From assembly GCA_965218695.1 (NCBI GenBank), contig OZ244651.1, positions 768,001-832,000 on the forward strand: a stretch of DNA of 64,000 nucleotides. The letters run 5' to 3'. Positions within the stretch are counted from its first letter, which is position 1, and each line of letters starts with the position of its first letter. This document shows, one piece after another, positions 32,754 to 41,915 of the stretch. The DNA is from Nitrosopumilus sp. Its GTDB lineage: Archaea > Thermoproteota > Nitrososphaeria > Nitrososphaerales > Nitrosopumilaceae. The notes beneath the pieces are model-generated. The model saw only the letters and a list, made by a program, of their open reading frames with translations. It was not told the DNA's origin and made no database searches. Both the position numbers and the translations under genes were made by a program.

Positions 32754-33275
32754 ATGTCCCAGCAAACAGAGTCCGTAATGAAAAAGATATACCTTGAAAA
32801 GGTGGTGCTCAACATGGGCGTTGGACGCTCAGGGGATGCCATCACCATTGCCCAGAAGGCACTAGGCCAGATATCCGGCAAAAAGTCATGCGTGCGCAAC
32901 GCAAAAGAGGCCCAGAGGGACTGGGGGGTAAGAAAGGGCGAGCCCATAGGGGCATCAGTCACCATCCGCGGGGATGATGCGCGTGCTCTCTTGGTCAGGC
33001 TCATGGAGGCAAAGGGGAATGTCGTTAACGGCCGTTCCTTTGATGGCTTTGGCAACTACTCGTTTGGAATACACGAACACATTGACATTCCAGGGGTAAA
33101 ATACGAGCCGCAGATCGGCATACTGGGACTCGGGGTGTCCGTTGCGCTGGCAAGGCCAGGATACAGCATCAGGAAGAGGAGCAAGCACAAGGCAAGCGTT
33201 GGCAAGGCGCATGCAATATCTGCCCAGGAGGCAAAAGATTATCTAGCCAGAGAGTTTGGAGTGACAGTGGAATAA
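32754..33275 (+). CDS. rpl5: 50S ribosomal protein L5
   Basis: EKVVLNMGVG, GVRKGEPIG, GNYSFGIHEHIDIPG. Confidence 0.97.
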   Translation: MSQQTESVMKKIYLEKVVLNMGVGRSGDAITIAQKALGQISGKKSCVRNAKEAQRDWGVRKGEPIGASVTIRGDDARALLVRLMEAKGNVVNGRSFDGFGNYSFGIHEHIDIPGVKYEPQIGILGLGVSVALARPGYSIRKRSKHKASVGKAHAISAQEAKDYLAREFGVTVE

Positions 33276-33454
33276 TGGCAAAAGACAGATCATACGAGTT
33301 TACTGGAAGAAAAAAGCACGATTTTGGAAGGGGTTCGCGATGGTGCAAGAGGTGCGGCGACTATACTGCCGTTATTCAAAAGTATGATCTGATGCTGTGC
33401 AGGCGGTGCTTTAGGGAGGTTGCAGTGTCCCTGGGATTCAGGAAGAACAGGTGA
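33275..33454 (+). CDS. rps14: 30S ribosomal protein S14 (Zn type)
   Basis: Manual translation: ...FGRGSRWCKRCG...IQKYDLMLCRRCFREVAVSLGFRKNR (59 aa, below the ORF cutoff). Confidence 0.95.
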   Translation: MAKDRSYEFTGRKKHDFGRGSRWCKRCGDYTAVIQKYDLMLCRRCFREVAVSLGFRKNR

Positions 33455-33460
33455 GTATGG

Positions 33461-33853
33461 ATGCCGGCAAAGAACATCTTGGCAAACCTGTTTGTCACGC
33501 TGTACAACAACGAGACCCGAAGAAAGAGGGAGTGCACCATACTGCCCACATCAAAACTCGGCGTCGAGGTGCTAAGAACGCTCCAAAAGGACGGATACAT
33601 CGGGGAGTTTGAGTACGTCGAGGACATGAGGGGCGGAAAGTTCAAGATAAAGCTGCTGGCAAAGATTACAAAATGCGGATCCATATCGCCACGCTTCAAG
33701 GTCAAAAACGACGAGTTTAACAGATGGGAGCAGCAGTACCTGCCGGCATACAACAGGGGGATGCTTCTGGTTACGACCAATCAGGGAGTGATGTCGCACC
33801 ACGAGGCCGTGCGGAATGGAATTGGAGGGTTTCTGATAGGATATGTCTACTAA
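33461..33853 (+). CDS. rps8: 30S ribosomal protein S8
   Basis: GYIGEFE, CGSISPRF, VTTNQGVMSH. Confidence 0.97.
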   Translation: MPAKNILANLFVTLYNNETRRKRECTILPTSKLGVEVLRTLQKDGYIGEFEYVEDMRGGKFKIKLLAKITKCGSISPRFKVKNDEFNRWEQQYLPAYNRGMLLVTTNQGVMSHHEAVRNGIGGFLIGYVY

Positions 33854-34397
33854 GCAGGCCGAAAAGTTCCAAGACGAGGTGGCCATTCCCGAGGGGGTCC
33901 GCGTCACGCTAAACAGGCACATGCTGGGATTTGAAGGGCCCCTTGGAAAGACATTCAAGAGCTTTCGCAGAATTCCAGTCGCCATCGAGGTTACGCCCGA
34001 GAAGATCCTTCTCAAGGCCACCGGGTTTAGAAAGAGGGACTATTCCATACTGCACACGGCAAGATCAATCATCAGAAACATATGCGAGGGGTTGGTAACA
34101 GGGTATACTGTCAGGATGAAGGTTGTCTTTGCGCACTTTCCGGTAATCGTACGGGTGGACGGCAAGCAGATAATCATTGAGAACTTTCAGGGAGAGAGGG
34201 CGCCAAGAGTCACGCACATAGTCGGGGACACAAAGGTCGTTCCCAAGGGGGACGATGTTGTGCTTACCGGTTACGTCTGGACCGATGTGACGCAGACTGC
34301 TGCAAACATCGAACTGAAGACCAAGGTCAAGAACAAGGATCACAGGGTCTTTCTTGACGGCATATACGTGTACGAAAAGAAGAAGGGCCTAGACTGA
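33843..34397 (+). CDS. rpl6: 50S ribosomal protein L6
   Basis: IPEGV, AHFP, KDHRVFLDGIY. Confidence 0.96.
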   Translation: MSTKQAEKFQDEVAIPEGVRVTLNRHMLGFEGPLGKTFKSFRRIPVAIEVTPEKILLKATGFRKRDYSILHTARSIIRNICEGLVTGYTVRMKVVFAHFPVIVRVDGKQIIIENFQGERAPRVTHIVGDTKVVPKGDDVVLTGYVWTDVTQTAANIELKTKVKNKDHRVFLDGIYVYEKKKGLD

Positions 34398-34404
34398 TTG
34401 ACAG

Positions 34405-34692
34405 ATGGCGCTTGATGCAGAATTTGCAAAGCAGACCACCGAACTAATCAACCAGACTTTGGAGCTGTACAAGAGTGCGGGCGCATCCCCGAGGGTTGGC
34501 GACATCTGGAAGTGTCAGAACGTGGGTGATTTTCTGTGCGGCTTTTTTGTAGGCGAGATGGTGGGTTCTGCGCTCAGTGCGTTTCAGATAGTCCACAAGA
34601 GGGAGCCCACCGCAGACGAGCACATGGAGATAGTGGGTCTGGTAGAGCAGCATGCAGGGGAGATTCAGGCGTTCTTTGCCAGGTTCAACTAG
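34405..34692 (+). CDS. Hypothetical protein
   Basis: 95-aa ORF co-directional with and 7 bp after rpl6. Confidence 0.75.
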   Translation: MALDAEFAKQTTELINQTLELYKSAGASPRVGDIWKCQNVGDFLCGFFVGEMVGSALSAFQIVHKREPTADEHMEIVGLVEQHAGEIQAFFARFN

Positions 34693-34735
34693 AGTCGTAA
34701 GGATTAAATCACTTCTCAGAATCTGAAAGGCTGTT

Positions 34736-34812
34736 GCCGCCCTAGCTCAGCGTGGTAGAGCATCCGACTGTTAATCGGACGGTCGTCAGTTCAAGTCTGA
34801 TGGGCGGCGCCA
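34736..34812 (+). tRNA. tRNA-Asn(GTT), CCA encoded
   Basis: Acceptor stem GCCGCCC/GGGCGGC, anticodon arm TCCGA-CTGTTAA-TCGGA, T-loop TTCAAGT, followed by a T-run. Confidence 0.96.
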
Positions 34813-34945
34813 TTTTTGGTATCGGTGTGACCAAACGGGTCGGTGCATGAGCGGCGCGTATTTGGAGACACGACGTGCAAGATGACAGGCGCGTGCGGGA
34901 TAGAGAACCGGGGTTGCCGGAGTCAGGTTTATTTGGTATGGTCTG

Positions 34946-36283
34946 ATGGGATCTTTGTTGAAGCGCGCCGTCATGATTGCAATTGGGGTTGCCCTGCTCA
35001 TTGCAGCCGGACTGACGGCCATCTCTACCCAAGACAATCAGACTGTCGATGTGCCCACGGAAGATGTCCAGAGCACGGATGGTGCCGTTGACTTTGAGGG
35101 TTCGGTATGGTTCAGCCTGATTGAATCCACTTATGACGAACGGACCCTGTACAACAACCATACCAAGATGTCATTCAATCTTGCCATAGAGGATTTTAAC
35201 GCATACCTGTCTGAAAAGAATGCCGCGTGGGACATAATCCCCCAGGTGAGGTCGTTTGACGAGAATCCGACAGAGGCGCTGGATGTGATCTACGCCGAAG
35301 GCAGGGTGCTTTTAGATGAACTGGCCGATGAACTAGATGACGAGCCACAACGTGATCCGTTCCAGGCATTTGTGCTTGGCCCCACCACCAGCAACCAGGT
35401 TGCAGATATCATGGAATATGTCCAAGATCATGACATGCTGGTGATATCGCATTCAAGCACCGCCCCGTCACTGGCCATACAGGATAGAATATTCAGGTTT
35501 ACACCCGATGACACCAAGCAGGCCGATGCCACGGCAGCTGCCATGAACGACATGGGGATACGGGTGGTGGTTCCAATATACATCGACAACATATGGGGCG
35601 CGGAGCTGTACGGTGCCGTGTCTGAGACGTTTGGCGCAGCCGGAGGCATGATGGACGAGGGCATTACGTATGATCCCGACACCAGGGATTTTTCAGAGCA
35701 GGCACTGGTGCTGTCCGAGAAGATAGATGCGTATCTGGATGCAGGTTATACAGATGACCAGCTGGCCGTCCTTGCCATAGCATATGACGAGATAGTCCCG
35801 TTGTTGGAGGATGCCGGTGCGTATGGGAACCTGGCATCTGTGGTGTGGTTCGGGTCAGACTCGTCTGCAAACACCAGCCCGATTACGGACAGTCCGGCGG
35901 CGCTGGAGCTTGTAGAGCAGGTAGGCCTCATCTCGCCTTCGTACAGGATTCCGGACAATGAAAAGAGCATGCACATTCACGATATCCTGGTGGAAGCGAC
36001 CGGAGTCTCGCCCAACAGCCACGTATACTCGGTGTATGATGCCGTCTGGGTATACGGACTCACCATAGAACAGGGCGGTACCCTGCAGGTTGATATTCTC
36101 AAGGACCTGTTGCCTGAGGTGGCAGCCGGTTACAGCGGCGCATTGGGCTCGACTGAGCTGAACGATGCAGGAGACCTGGCAAGTGCCGATTACGAGCTGT
36201 TCTGGATTCATGACGGGGAGTGGCAGACATACGGGATTTATGATGCCTCGGCAGATGAGTTCACAAAAGATTCCAGTGATTGA
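34946..36283 (+). CDS. Type I periplasmic-binding (Leu/Ile/Val-like) protein, N-terminal anchor
   Basis: SSTAPSLA, FRFTPDD, YDAVW, GALGSTELNDAGD. Confidence 0.87.
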   Translation: MGSLLKRAVMIAIGVALLIAAGLTAISTQDNQTVDVPTEDVQSTDGAVDFEGSVWFSLIESTYDERTLYNNHTKMSFNLAIEDFNAYLSEKNAAWDIIPQVRSFDENPTEALDVIYAEGRVLLDELADELDDEPQRDPFQAFVLGPTTSNQVADIMEYVQDHDMLVISHSSTAPSLAIQDRIFRFTPDDTKQADATAAAMNDMGIRVVVPIYIDNIWGAELYGAVSETFGAAGGMMDEGITYDPDTRDFSEQALVLSEKIDAYLDAGYTDDQLAVLAIAYDEIVPLLEDAGAYGNLASVVWFGSDSSANTSPITDSPAALELVEQVGLISPSYRIPDNEKSMHIHDILVEATGVSPNSHVYSVYDAVWVYGLTIEQGGTLQVDILKDLLPEVAAGYSGALGSTELNDAGDLASADYELFWIHDGEWQTYGIYDASADEFTKDSSD

Positions 36284-36511
36284 TGCCTGCCGGTTTCATT
36301 TTTGTGGAGGTTTGGCGTCAAGAACTGCCCGGTGTTGATGCCAAGGAATGATTCTGGGACCCAAACACCTGTCAGCGTCTGCATATTCAAGTTCCACTCA
36401 TGTACGAGTATGGATGGTTTTGCAGACAGCCGTATCTGGTGCATCATGTTGCCATACGTGTACAAAATGGATTCCCTTTGATCATGGGTAACTGGCATGT
36501 CCGGCAGTCAG

Positions 36512-38185
36512 TCAGTTGCGGTGGCTCGCCCTTTTGCAGACTGCACGGATTGCCAGGTATGGCCCGGTCACATAAATGCCGGCAATGGCTCCTATTGAGA
36601 GCATGCCAAAGACCAGTACCGAGACCTCAGAGCCCGGATCCGCAAGTGTCATGATGTTCATGGTGTACAGGCCAGGTGTGATTAATGCCAGTACGGCATC
36701 CCTGAAGACGGGGTTCTCTCTTTCAAGGTCTGCAATTGCAGGCGAGAAGGAGTAGTAGACCTGGTTGAATCCGGTCATGAATGATGCTCCGGATGTAGTG
36801 GAGAGCAGTGTGTTATCCCTGATTTCACGGAGGAACTGGACCTGTGGTGCAAGCTCGCTACCGTATGTGGCAGTAGCAATCAGACAGCCGCCTGTCTCAT
36901 CAGATATGGGCGTAACAGTATCATCATCCTTCATGGCATCATCATCATCATCATCCTTCATGGCATCATCATCATCATCCTTCATGGCATCCAAGGTTAT
37001 TGAATCGGTGGCCGAAAAGTACACGCCCCTCAGAACCCACTGATCATCCACTATGTGCCAGATGTCATAGTCGGTCTGGGCAAGATCTCCTGCAGCGTTG
37101 AGTTTTGTGGAGCCGAGTGCTCCGATGTGCTCTTCTGCGATAAGTGGAATTTGGGCAGTAAGTGCATCAACATCCATGCCCTGTGTCTTCTCTATTGCAA
37201 GTCCGGCCAGCCACACTGCGTCATAGGTGGAACTGGCATAACTGCTTGGCTCACGGCCAAGTACGTCCTTTACACCCTCGTTTACACGGTCGCTGAATTC
37301 ATTTTTGCCTGATGCTACCTGAACTGTGGAGAATTCCGTACTGGTAACAAACTGTAACGCTATTGGGTCCTCTAGTAGTTCAGGATCCCTGGAATGTGGA
37401 TCCGCGCCAAACCACTGTACCTGTGGAAGTATCTCATATTCTGCTGCAGACTGCATAAAGATTGCTATCTCACCAAATCCCATGAACAGCACACCGACCT
37501 TGTCAGTGTCTGAGCGGTCTACTGCTGACTGAACCTGGTCTGCAACAAGGGACGAGGGTACTGAGAATTCGGTAGTCTCTGGGTCGTAGCCAAGACCGTC
37601 ATCCATTTCACCGCCAATGTCGATAAATGCCGCTCTGGCCGACTTTGCAAGTTCAGAGCCCCATGCGTCTTCCCTCCATACCGGGACTGCAATCTCGATT
37701 CCTGCATCGGCCATGAGTCGTGCAAGTACAACTCCCTGGTTGGTGTCATCAGGGGACATCCTGAATATGCGGTCGCCCTCGATTGCAAGGAGTGGTGACG
37801 TGGAACAGCAGCTGATTGCAACCATGTCACTGTTGTCAACATACCCTTTGATGTTTTGGAGGATGCCGGCAACCATCACATTGATGCCCTTTGCATGCAG
37901 TGCCCGGACCTTTTCGAGTGTCATTGCCGGCTGTGTCTGGGAGTCCTCAATGATCATCACAAGGGACCAGTCTGCTCCCTTGTCTGCCAGATACTGGTTA
38001 AAGTCGATTATTGCGAGTTTGGCTGCCTCGCGGTTCTCCTCTCCGTGGTTTGAGACACCACCGCTGATTGGCTGAAGCAGGCCTATATTGACTTCACCGG
38101 ACAGTTCAGCAGATGCAGATTGAGAGAATGTGCCGATCCCCAGCACGCTGATCGTGACAACTGCAATAATCGCGTATGAATTCAT
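36512..38185 (-). CDS. Type I periplasmic-binding protein with CFI-box-CTERM anchor
   Basis: SCCSTSPLL, FRMSPDD, GALGSTKLNAAGD, (DAMKDDD)x3 linker, GGCLIATATYGSE. Confidence 0.88.
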   Translation of the reverse strand: MNSYAIIAVVTISVLGIGTFSQSASAELSGEVNIGLLQPISGGVSNHGEENREAAKLAIIDFNQYLADKGADWSLVMIIEDSQTQPAMTLEKVRALHAKGINVMVAGILQNIKGYVDNSDMVAISCCSTSPLLAIEGDRIFRMSPDDTNQGVVLARLMADAGIEIAVPVWREDAWGSELAKSARAAFIDIGGEMDDGLGYDPETTEFSVPSSLVADQVQSAVDRSDTDKVGVLFMGFGEIAIFMQSAAEYEILPQVQWFGADPHSRDPELLEDPIALQFVTSTEFSTVQVASGKNEFSDRVNEGVKDVLGREPSSYASSTYDAVWLAGLAIEKTQGMDVDALTAQIPLIAEEHIGALGSTKLNAAGDLAQTDYDIWHIVDDQWVLRGVYFSATDSITLDAMKDDDDDAMKDDDDDDAMKDDDTVTPISDETGGCLIATATYGSELAPQVQFLREIRDNTLLSTTSGASFMTGFNQVYYSFSPAIADLERENPVFRDAVLALITPGLYTMNIMTLADPGSEVSVLVFGMLSIGAIAGIYVTGPYLAIRAVCKRASHRN

Positions 38186-38231
38186 GATAAATTTTAAGTA
38201 TGCAGACTAATATAAGAATTTCAAGGTATTC

Positions 38232-39594
38232 AACTTTGTTTCCTAATTATGAACCAGAGACACCCGTCTGTACAATACTGCCTATGTCATCGTCCTGCAT
38301 CCCCTCCATTTCCTGCCGTCCTTGATTCGGGTCTGTAGACTTGTACGATCCTTGGCGTGCCGTACCCGTTGTCAATGGCAGTATCGATCATCTGGTTGTA
38401 CAGCTGCACCTTTCCGTATATCTCGGCCTTGACGTTCTCCCATTTTCGGGCGCTTATGCACTCGCCCAACACCCGCTTGAACGTGGAGAATGTAATCTCG
38501 GCTGACCACCGCTGGTTGTACCCGGACTCCTCGCGCCACGCCTTCTGGAATTCCCTTTTCTGTTCACGCGAAAGGCCGGCAAACTCGCGCTCGGCCGTCT
38601 TGTCAATGTGGTCCATCCCCCCAAGCTGTTCGAATCCGGCCTTCTTGCGGGGCATGCACCCTTTTGCCTTTCCGGCAAAGTTTATGCGGACTGGAATCAG
38701 CGGGGAGATGCCGCGATCGTCACAGTACCTGTGGATCTTCCTGGCGTCGTACGCGCCGTCGGCTGCCACCCTGGTGCCTGCAGACGTGTCTGCGCTTGGT
38801 GATTTTTCTGCGTTTGCAAAGGCCTGCTCCGCCAGTTCCTCAAACTGCGGAGAGTCCCCGCACCTGTCGTCAGTGATTGCCACGGCGTAGATCTTTTTGG
38901 TCTTGGCGTCCACGCCGACGTGCATCTTTATGAACCCGCGCCGGGTCCCCCACTTTGCCGTCATCCAGTCGCCGCGGTTTGTGGGCTTGAGCCCCGTGGA
39001 GTCAAATGCAAACAGGCTGATCTCTGTTCTGGCGCCGCCGTCTGAAAACCACACCGAAGTCGTGTTGCCGGCACCCTTCTCGTCAAAGGTGCAGCCAAGC
39101 TTGGCAATCCTCTTCTGGAATGCCGAGTACGTGGGTGAGTTTTCCTTGCCAACCACGGTCTCTGCCAGGCCCTGGAGCTGCCTGTACCTGATGCCGGTGG
39201 CATTCCTGAACAGGAACGCTGCTGCAAAGCACGCGTTTGAGAACACGTACGGGTGGCCGACCTTTCCGCTGTTTAGCTTCTCCACGTCCCGCGTCAGGAT
39301 CTCCTGGTTTATCTGGAGGGACCACAGCTGACCGCGGTCTATGTACCTGCGGTCATCGTACCGGAACCTGCGCCCTTCTGATTTGAAAGATTTTTTAGCG
39401 TCATGCGTGCCCGTCTTGTCTGGAGATGGCGTGTTTTCAGTCATGGTTGTTGGCCTGACTGTCTGCACGCCTCTCTGATCAATACAGTTTTCTATTGAAA
39501 GTGTTTGACACGGTATTCAAATTCGTCTGGGCTGACTGACTGACATGACTCTGGAAGAGTTAGGCGTGGTTGAAGATAATTAGGAAACAAAGTT
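38232..39594 (-). mobile_element. IS5-family element, isoform 2 (same TIR as 18542-19897)
   Basis: TIR AACTTTGTTTCCTAATTA; 9-bp TSD AAGGTATTC. Confidence 0.93.
38287..39468 (-). CDS. IS5-family transposase
   Basis: Close paralogue of 18683-19840; FDSTG, ADGAYD, RWSAEITFSTFKR. Confidence 0.9.
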   Translation of the reverse strand: MQTVRPTTMTENTPSPDKTGTHDAKKSFKSEGRRFRYDDRRYIDRGQLWSLQINQEILTRDVEKLNSGKVGHPYVFSNACFAAAFLFRNATGIRYRQLQGLAETVVGKENSPTYSAFQKRIAKLGCTFDEKGAGNTTSVWFSDGGARTEISLFAFDSTGLKPTNRGDWMTAKWGTRRGFIKMHVGVDAKTKKIYAVAITDDRCGDSPQFEELAEQAFANAEKSPSADTSAGTRVAADGAYDARKIHRYCDDRGISPLIPVRINFAGKAKGCMPRKKAGFEQLGGMDHIDKTAEREFAGLSREQKREFQKAWREESGYNQRWSAEITFSTFKRVLGECISARKWENVKAEIYGKVQLYNQMIDTAIDNGYGTPRIVQVYRPESRTAGNGGDAGR

Positions 39595-39608
39595 AAGGTA
39601 TTCGGGAG

Positions 39609-39820
39609 GTATATTCGGTGTATGATGTGGTCTGGATATATGGGCTTACCATAGAACAGGGCAGTACCCTGCAAGTGGATGTCCTCAAGGACATACTGCC
39701 CGAGGCGGCATCAGGGTACAGCGGTGCGTTGGGCCCGACTGAGCTGAACGATGCAGGGGATCTTGCAAGTGCCGATTACGAGCTGTTCTGGATTCAGGAC
39801 GGGGGGTGGAAGACATACGG
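39609..39820 (+). pseudogene. Fragment of a binding-protein C-terminus (paralogue of about 36023-36235)
   Basis: YSVYDVVWIYGLTIEQG...GALGPTELNDAGDLASADYELFWI nearly matches 34946-36283. Confidence 0.85.
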
Positions 39821-39901
39821 GGCAGGTGTTCTCCAAACATTCTCTTGAATGCGGAAAACACAATCTCTACTATTCATCTCTTGTCATATTCAACTTGAGT
39901 C

Positions 39902-40975
39902 TCTATTGTACCGAAATTAGGTCGTCCTAATTTTAGGCGTACTGCAAAGGAATACTTTGCCCTCTACCGATCAAGAAAATCGTTGACAAGACGTCTGACT
40001 GCAAAGACGATTAGATATGCAGTCACCCAATGCAGGAAAGGCCAAAAGACGTCCCAGATTGCCAAAGAGATAGGAGTCTCACAAAGACACGTCCAGCGAC
40101 TGTACGTCAGGTTCTGCAGGACAGAATCCCACCACGCCCCGATGTCCGCGGGAAGAAAAATCATACCGGCCACAGAAGACGAAATACGGCGGGTTCTGGA
40201 CATGCACGCACAAGAACCGGTAGGCGTGCTGCGTACGGTAGCGAACCTCAAGACAGACTGTGATATAAGTTACAGGCGGGCATACAGGATCATGAAGGAG
40301 CATGGCCTGGTAACGCCCTCTGCTGCAAAGTCAAAGAAGCGAAAATGGGTACGCTTTGAGAGGAGATACTCGAATGCGATGTGGCATATCGACTGGCACG
40401 TCATGAAGGATCCGCGCTTCAGGGGACTCAACCTGATTACGTACCTGGATGACTCCTCCAGATGCATAGCAGCAGCACAGCTGTTCACCGAGGCCACCTC
40501 GGAGAACGCGGTGGCCGTGCTGCGAAAGGCAATCGAGACGTTTGGAGTCCCTGCCACCATACTGTCTGACAACGGCTCGTGCTTTGTAGGCGCTGCAGGC
40601 AGGCACAAGAAAGGAAAAGACGGCCGGAGAAGAAAGGCACCTGCCGGTTCATGGCAACCCACAGTCTTTGAGGCCGAGCTGCTGGACCGCGGAATCGAGC
40701 TGATAAACGCCAGGCCGTACCATCCCCAGACCAACGGCAAGCTGGAGAGGTTCCATCGCAGCATAGAAGAAGAGATTTACCACTACGAGTCGCTGTCAGA
40801 CTATGTCCAATATTATAATGAGCGAAGGCTACACTTTTCACTTGACATGGCAAACCGTGAGACGCCGCTCAGGGCGTTTTCTGCAAGAAAGGCCACAGAT
40901 GCGATCAGGAAAGACAACCCCAAATGGATGGAGATGGACACAGATGAGTAGGCGACATTATTTCGGTATACTATA
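39902..40975 (+). mobile_element. IS481-family element
   Basis: Imperfect TIRs around TACCGAAAT; flanking direct repeat ATATTCAACTTGAGTC(T) at 39886 and 40976. Confidence 0.85.
39983..40951 (+). CDS. IS481-family transposase (HTH plus integrase core)
   Basis: MWHIDW, LDDSSR, SDNG, PQTNGKLERFH. Confidence 0.92.
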   Translation: MTRRLTAKTIRYAVTQCRKGQKTSQIAKEIGVSQRHVQRLYVRFCRTESHHAPMSAGRKIIPATEDEIRRVLDMHAQEPVGVLRTVANLKTDCDISYRRAYRIMKEHGLVTPSAAKSKKRKWVRFERRYSNAMWHIDWHVMKDPRFRGLNLITYLDDSSRCIAAAQLFTEATSENAVAVLRKAIETFGVPATILSDNGSCFVGAAGRHKKGKDGRRRKAPAGSWQPTVFEAELLDRGIELINARPYHPQTNGKLERFHRSIEEEIYHYESLSDYVQYYNERRLHFSLDMANRETPLRAFSARKATDAIRKDNPKWMEMDTDE

Positions 40976-41322
40976 ATATTCAACTTGAGTCTTCCACTCC
41001 TTTTGATTGCTTTTCTTCTCCTCATCGGGCAAGTTGAATACGGTTTTGAGGTTGCCAATTGAGTGTTCCACCTCTACCCGGAGTTCTCAAGAAAACACTT
41101 GCCAGAAGACAGTTTAAAACAACAGACGAAGTTGTGGGTGCCGTCAAGAGAATAATCAACGCAGGCGACACCTCCTGTCGAACATGCTGTGCAATACGAT
41201 ACCATCTAGAAAAGACTTGCATGGCAGGGGACGGTTCATGTCTCATGATGCTTGCCAACCCACGGTACGTCGGCGAGCGTTTGTGCTCCAACTATACCAT
41301 CCTTTGGAGACCAACCAAATGA

Positions 41323-41520
41323 TTACATGTACGGTGCTGTCACGCGTGTCGGGGCTACCGATATCTCGGATGCCGTATGTTTGTGCTTGGAGAACCAGCA
41401 TTTGCCGCACACGGGCTTCTCGCAGATCGCGCAGATCTCGTGGCAGTTATGGCACATATACACGTTGCAGTTGTCGCACACACATTTTGCTTCCTCGTGA
41501 CATTTCTTGCAGTCCATCAT
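41323..41520 (-). CDS. Small Cys/His-rich zinc-finger protein
   Basis: CKKC-CVCDNC-CHNC-CAIC-CGKC...HKH in 65 aa; AT-rich promoter-like region upstream. Confidence 0.55.
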   Translation of the reverse strand: MMDCKKCHEEAKCVCDNCNVYMCHNCHEICAICEKPVCGKCWFSKHKHTASEISVAPTRVTAPYM

Positions 41521-41915
41521 TTGAACGGACAGCCAATCACGTAAAAAAGAGTTTTTTTAAAAGTTGTTGACATCCAGTGTAATTAATGGAAACCCCGGTT
41601 GACGGCGAAGTTGACGTCCCAGAGGTATAGCATCGGGGACCAAAGACTAGGGGGTAAAAATCTTTCCCGACAGAGCATTACTTTGAACGAAGCAACATCG
41701 TACAAGAGGGGTCCTGACGGGAAAAGTTCTATTGACTGTCAGGGGCACATTATGACTGCAGAACCCAACACACACATGCGCATTTGATCGACACTGTCGG
41801 CATATGGTATTTCCAAATTCGAATTTAGGTATCTGTGTAGTTTTTTGATCAAATGTTGAACTCCATATCTACAATCAGAAAATCCGCGTCTGTCTAATTT
41901 TTTAAAACTATTTTT

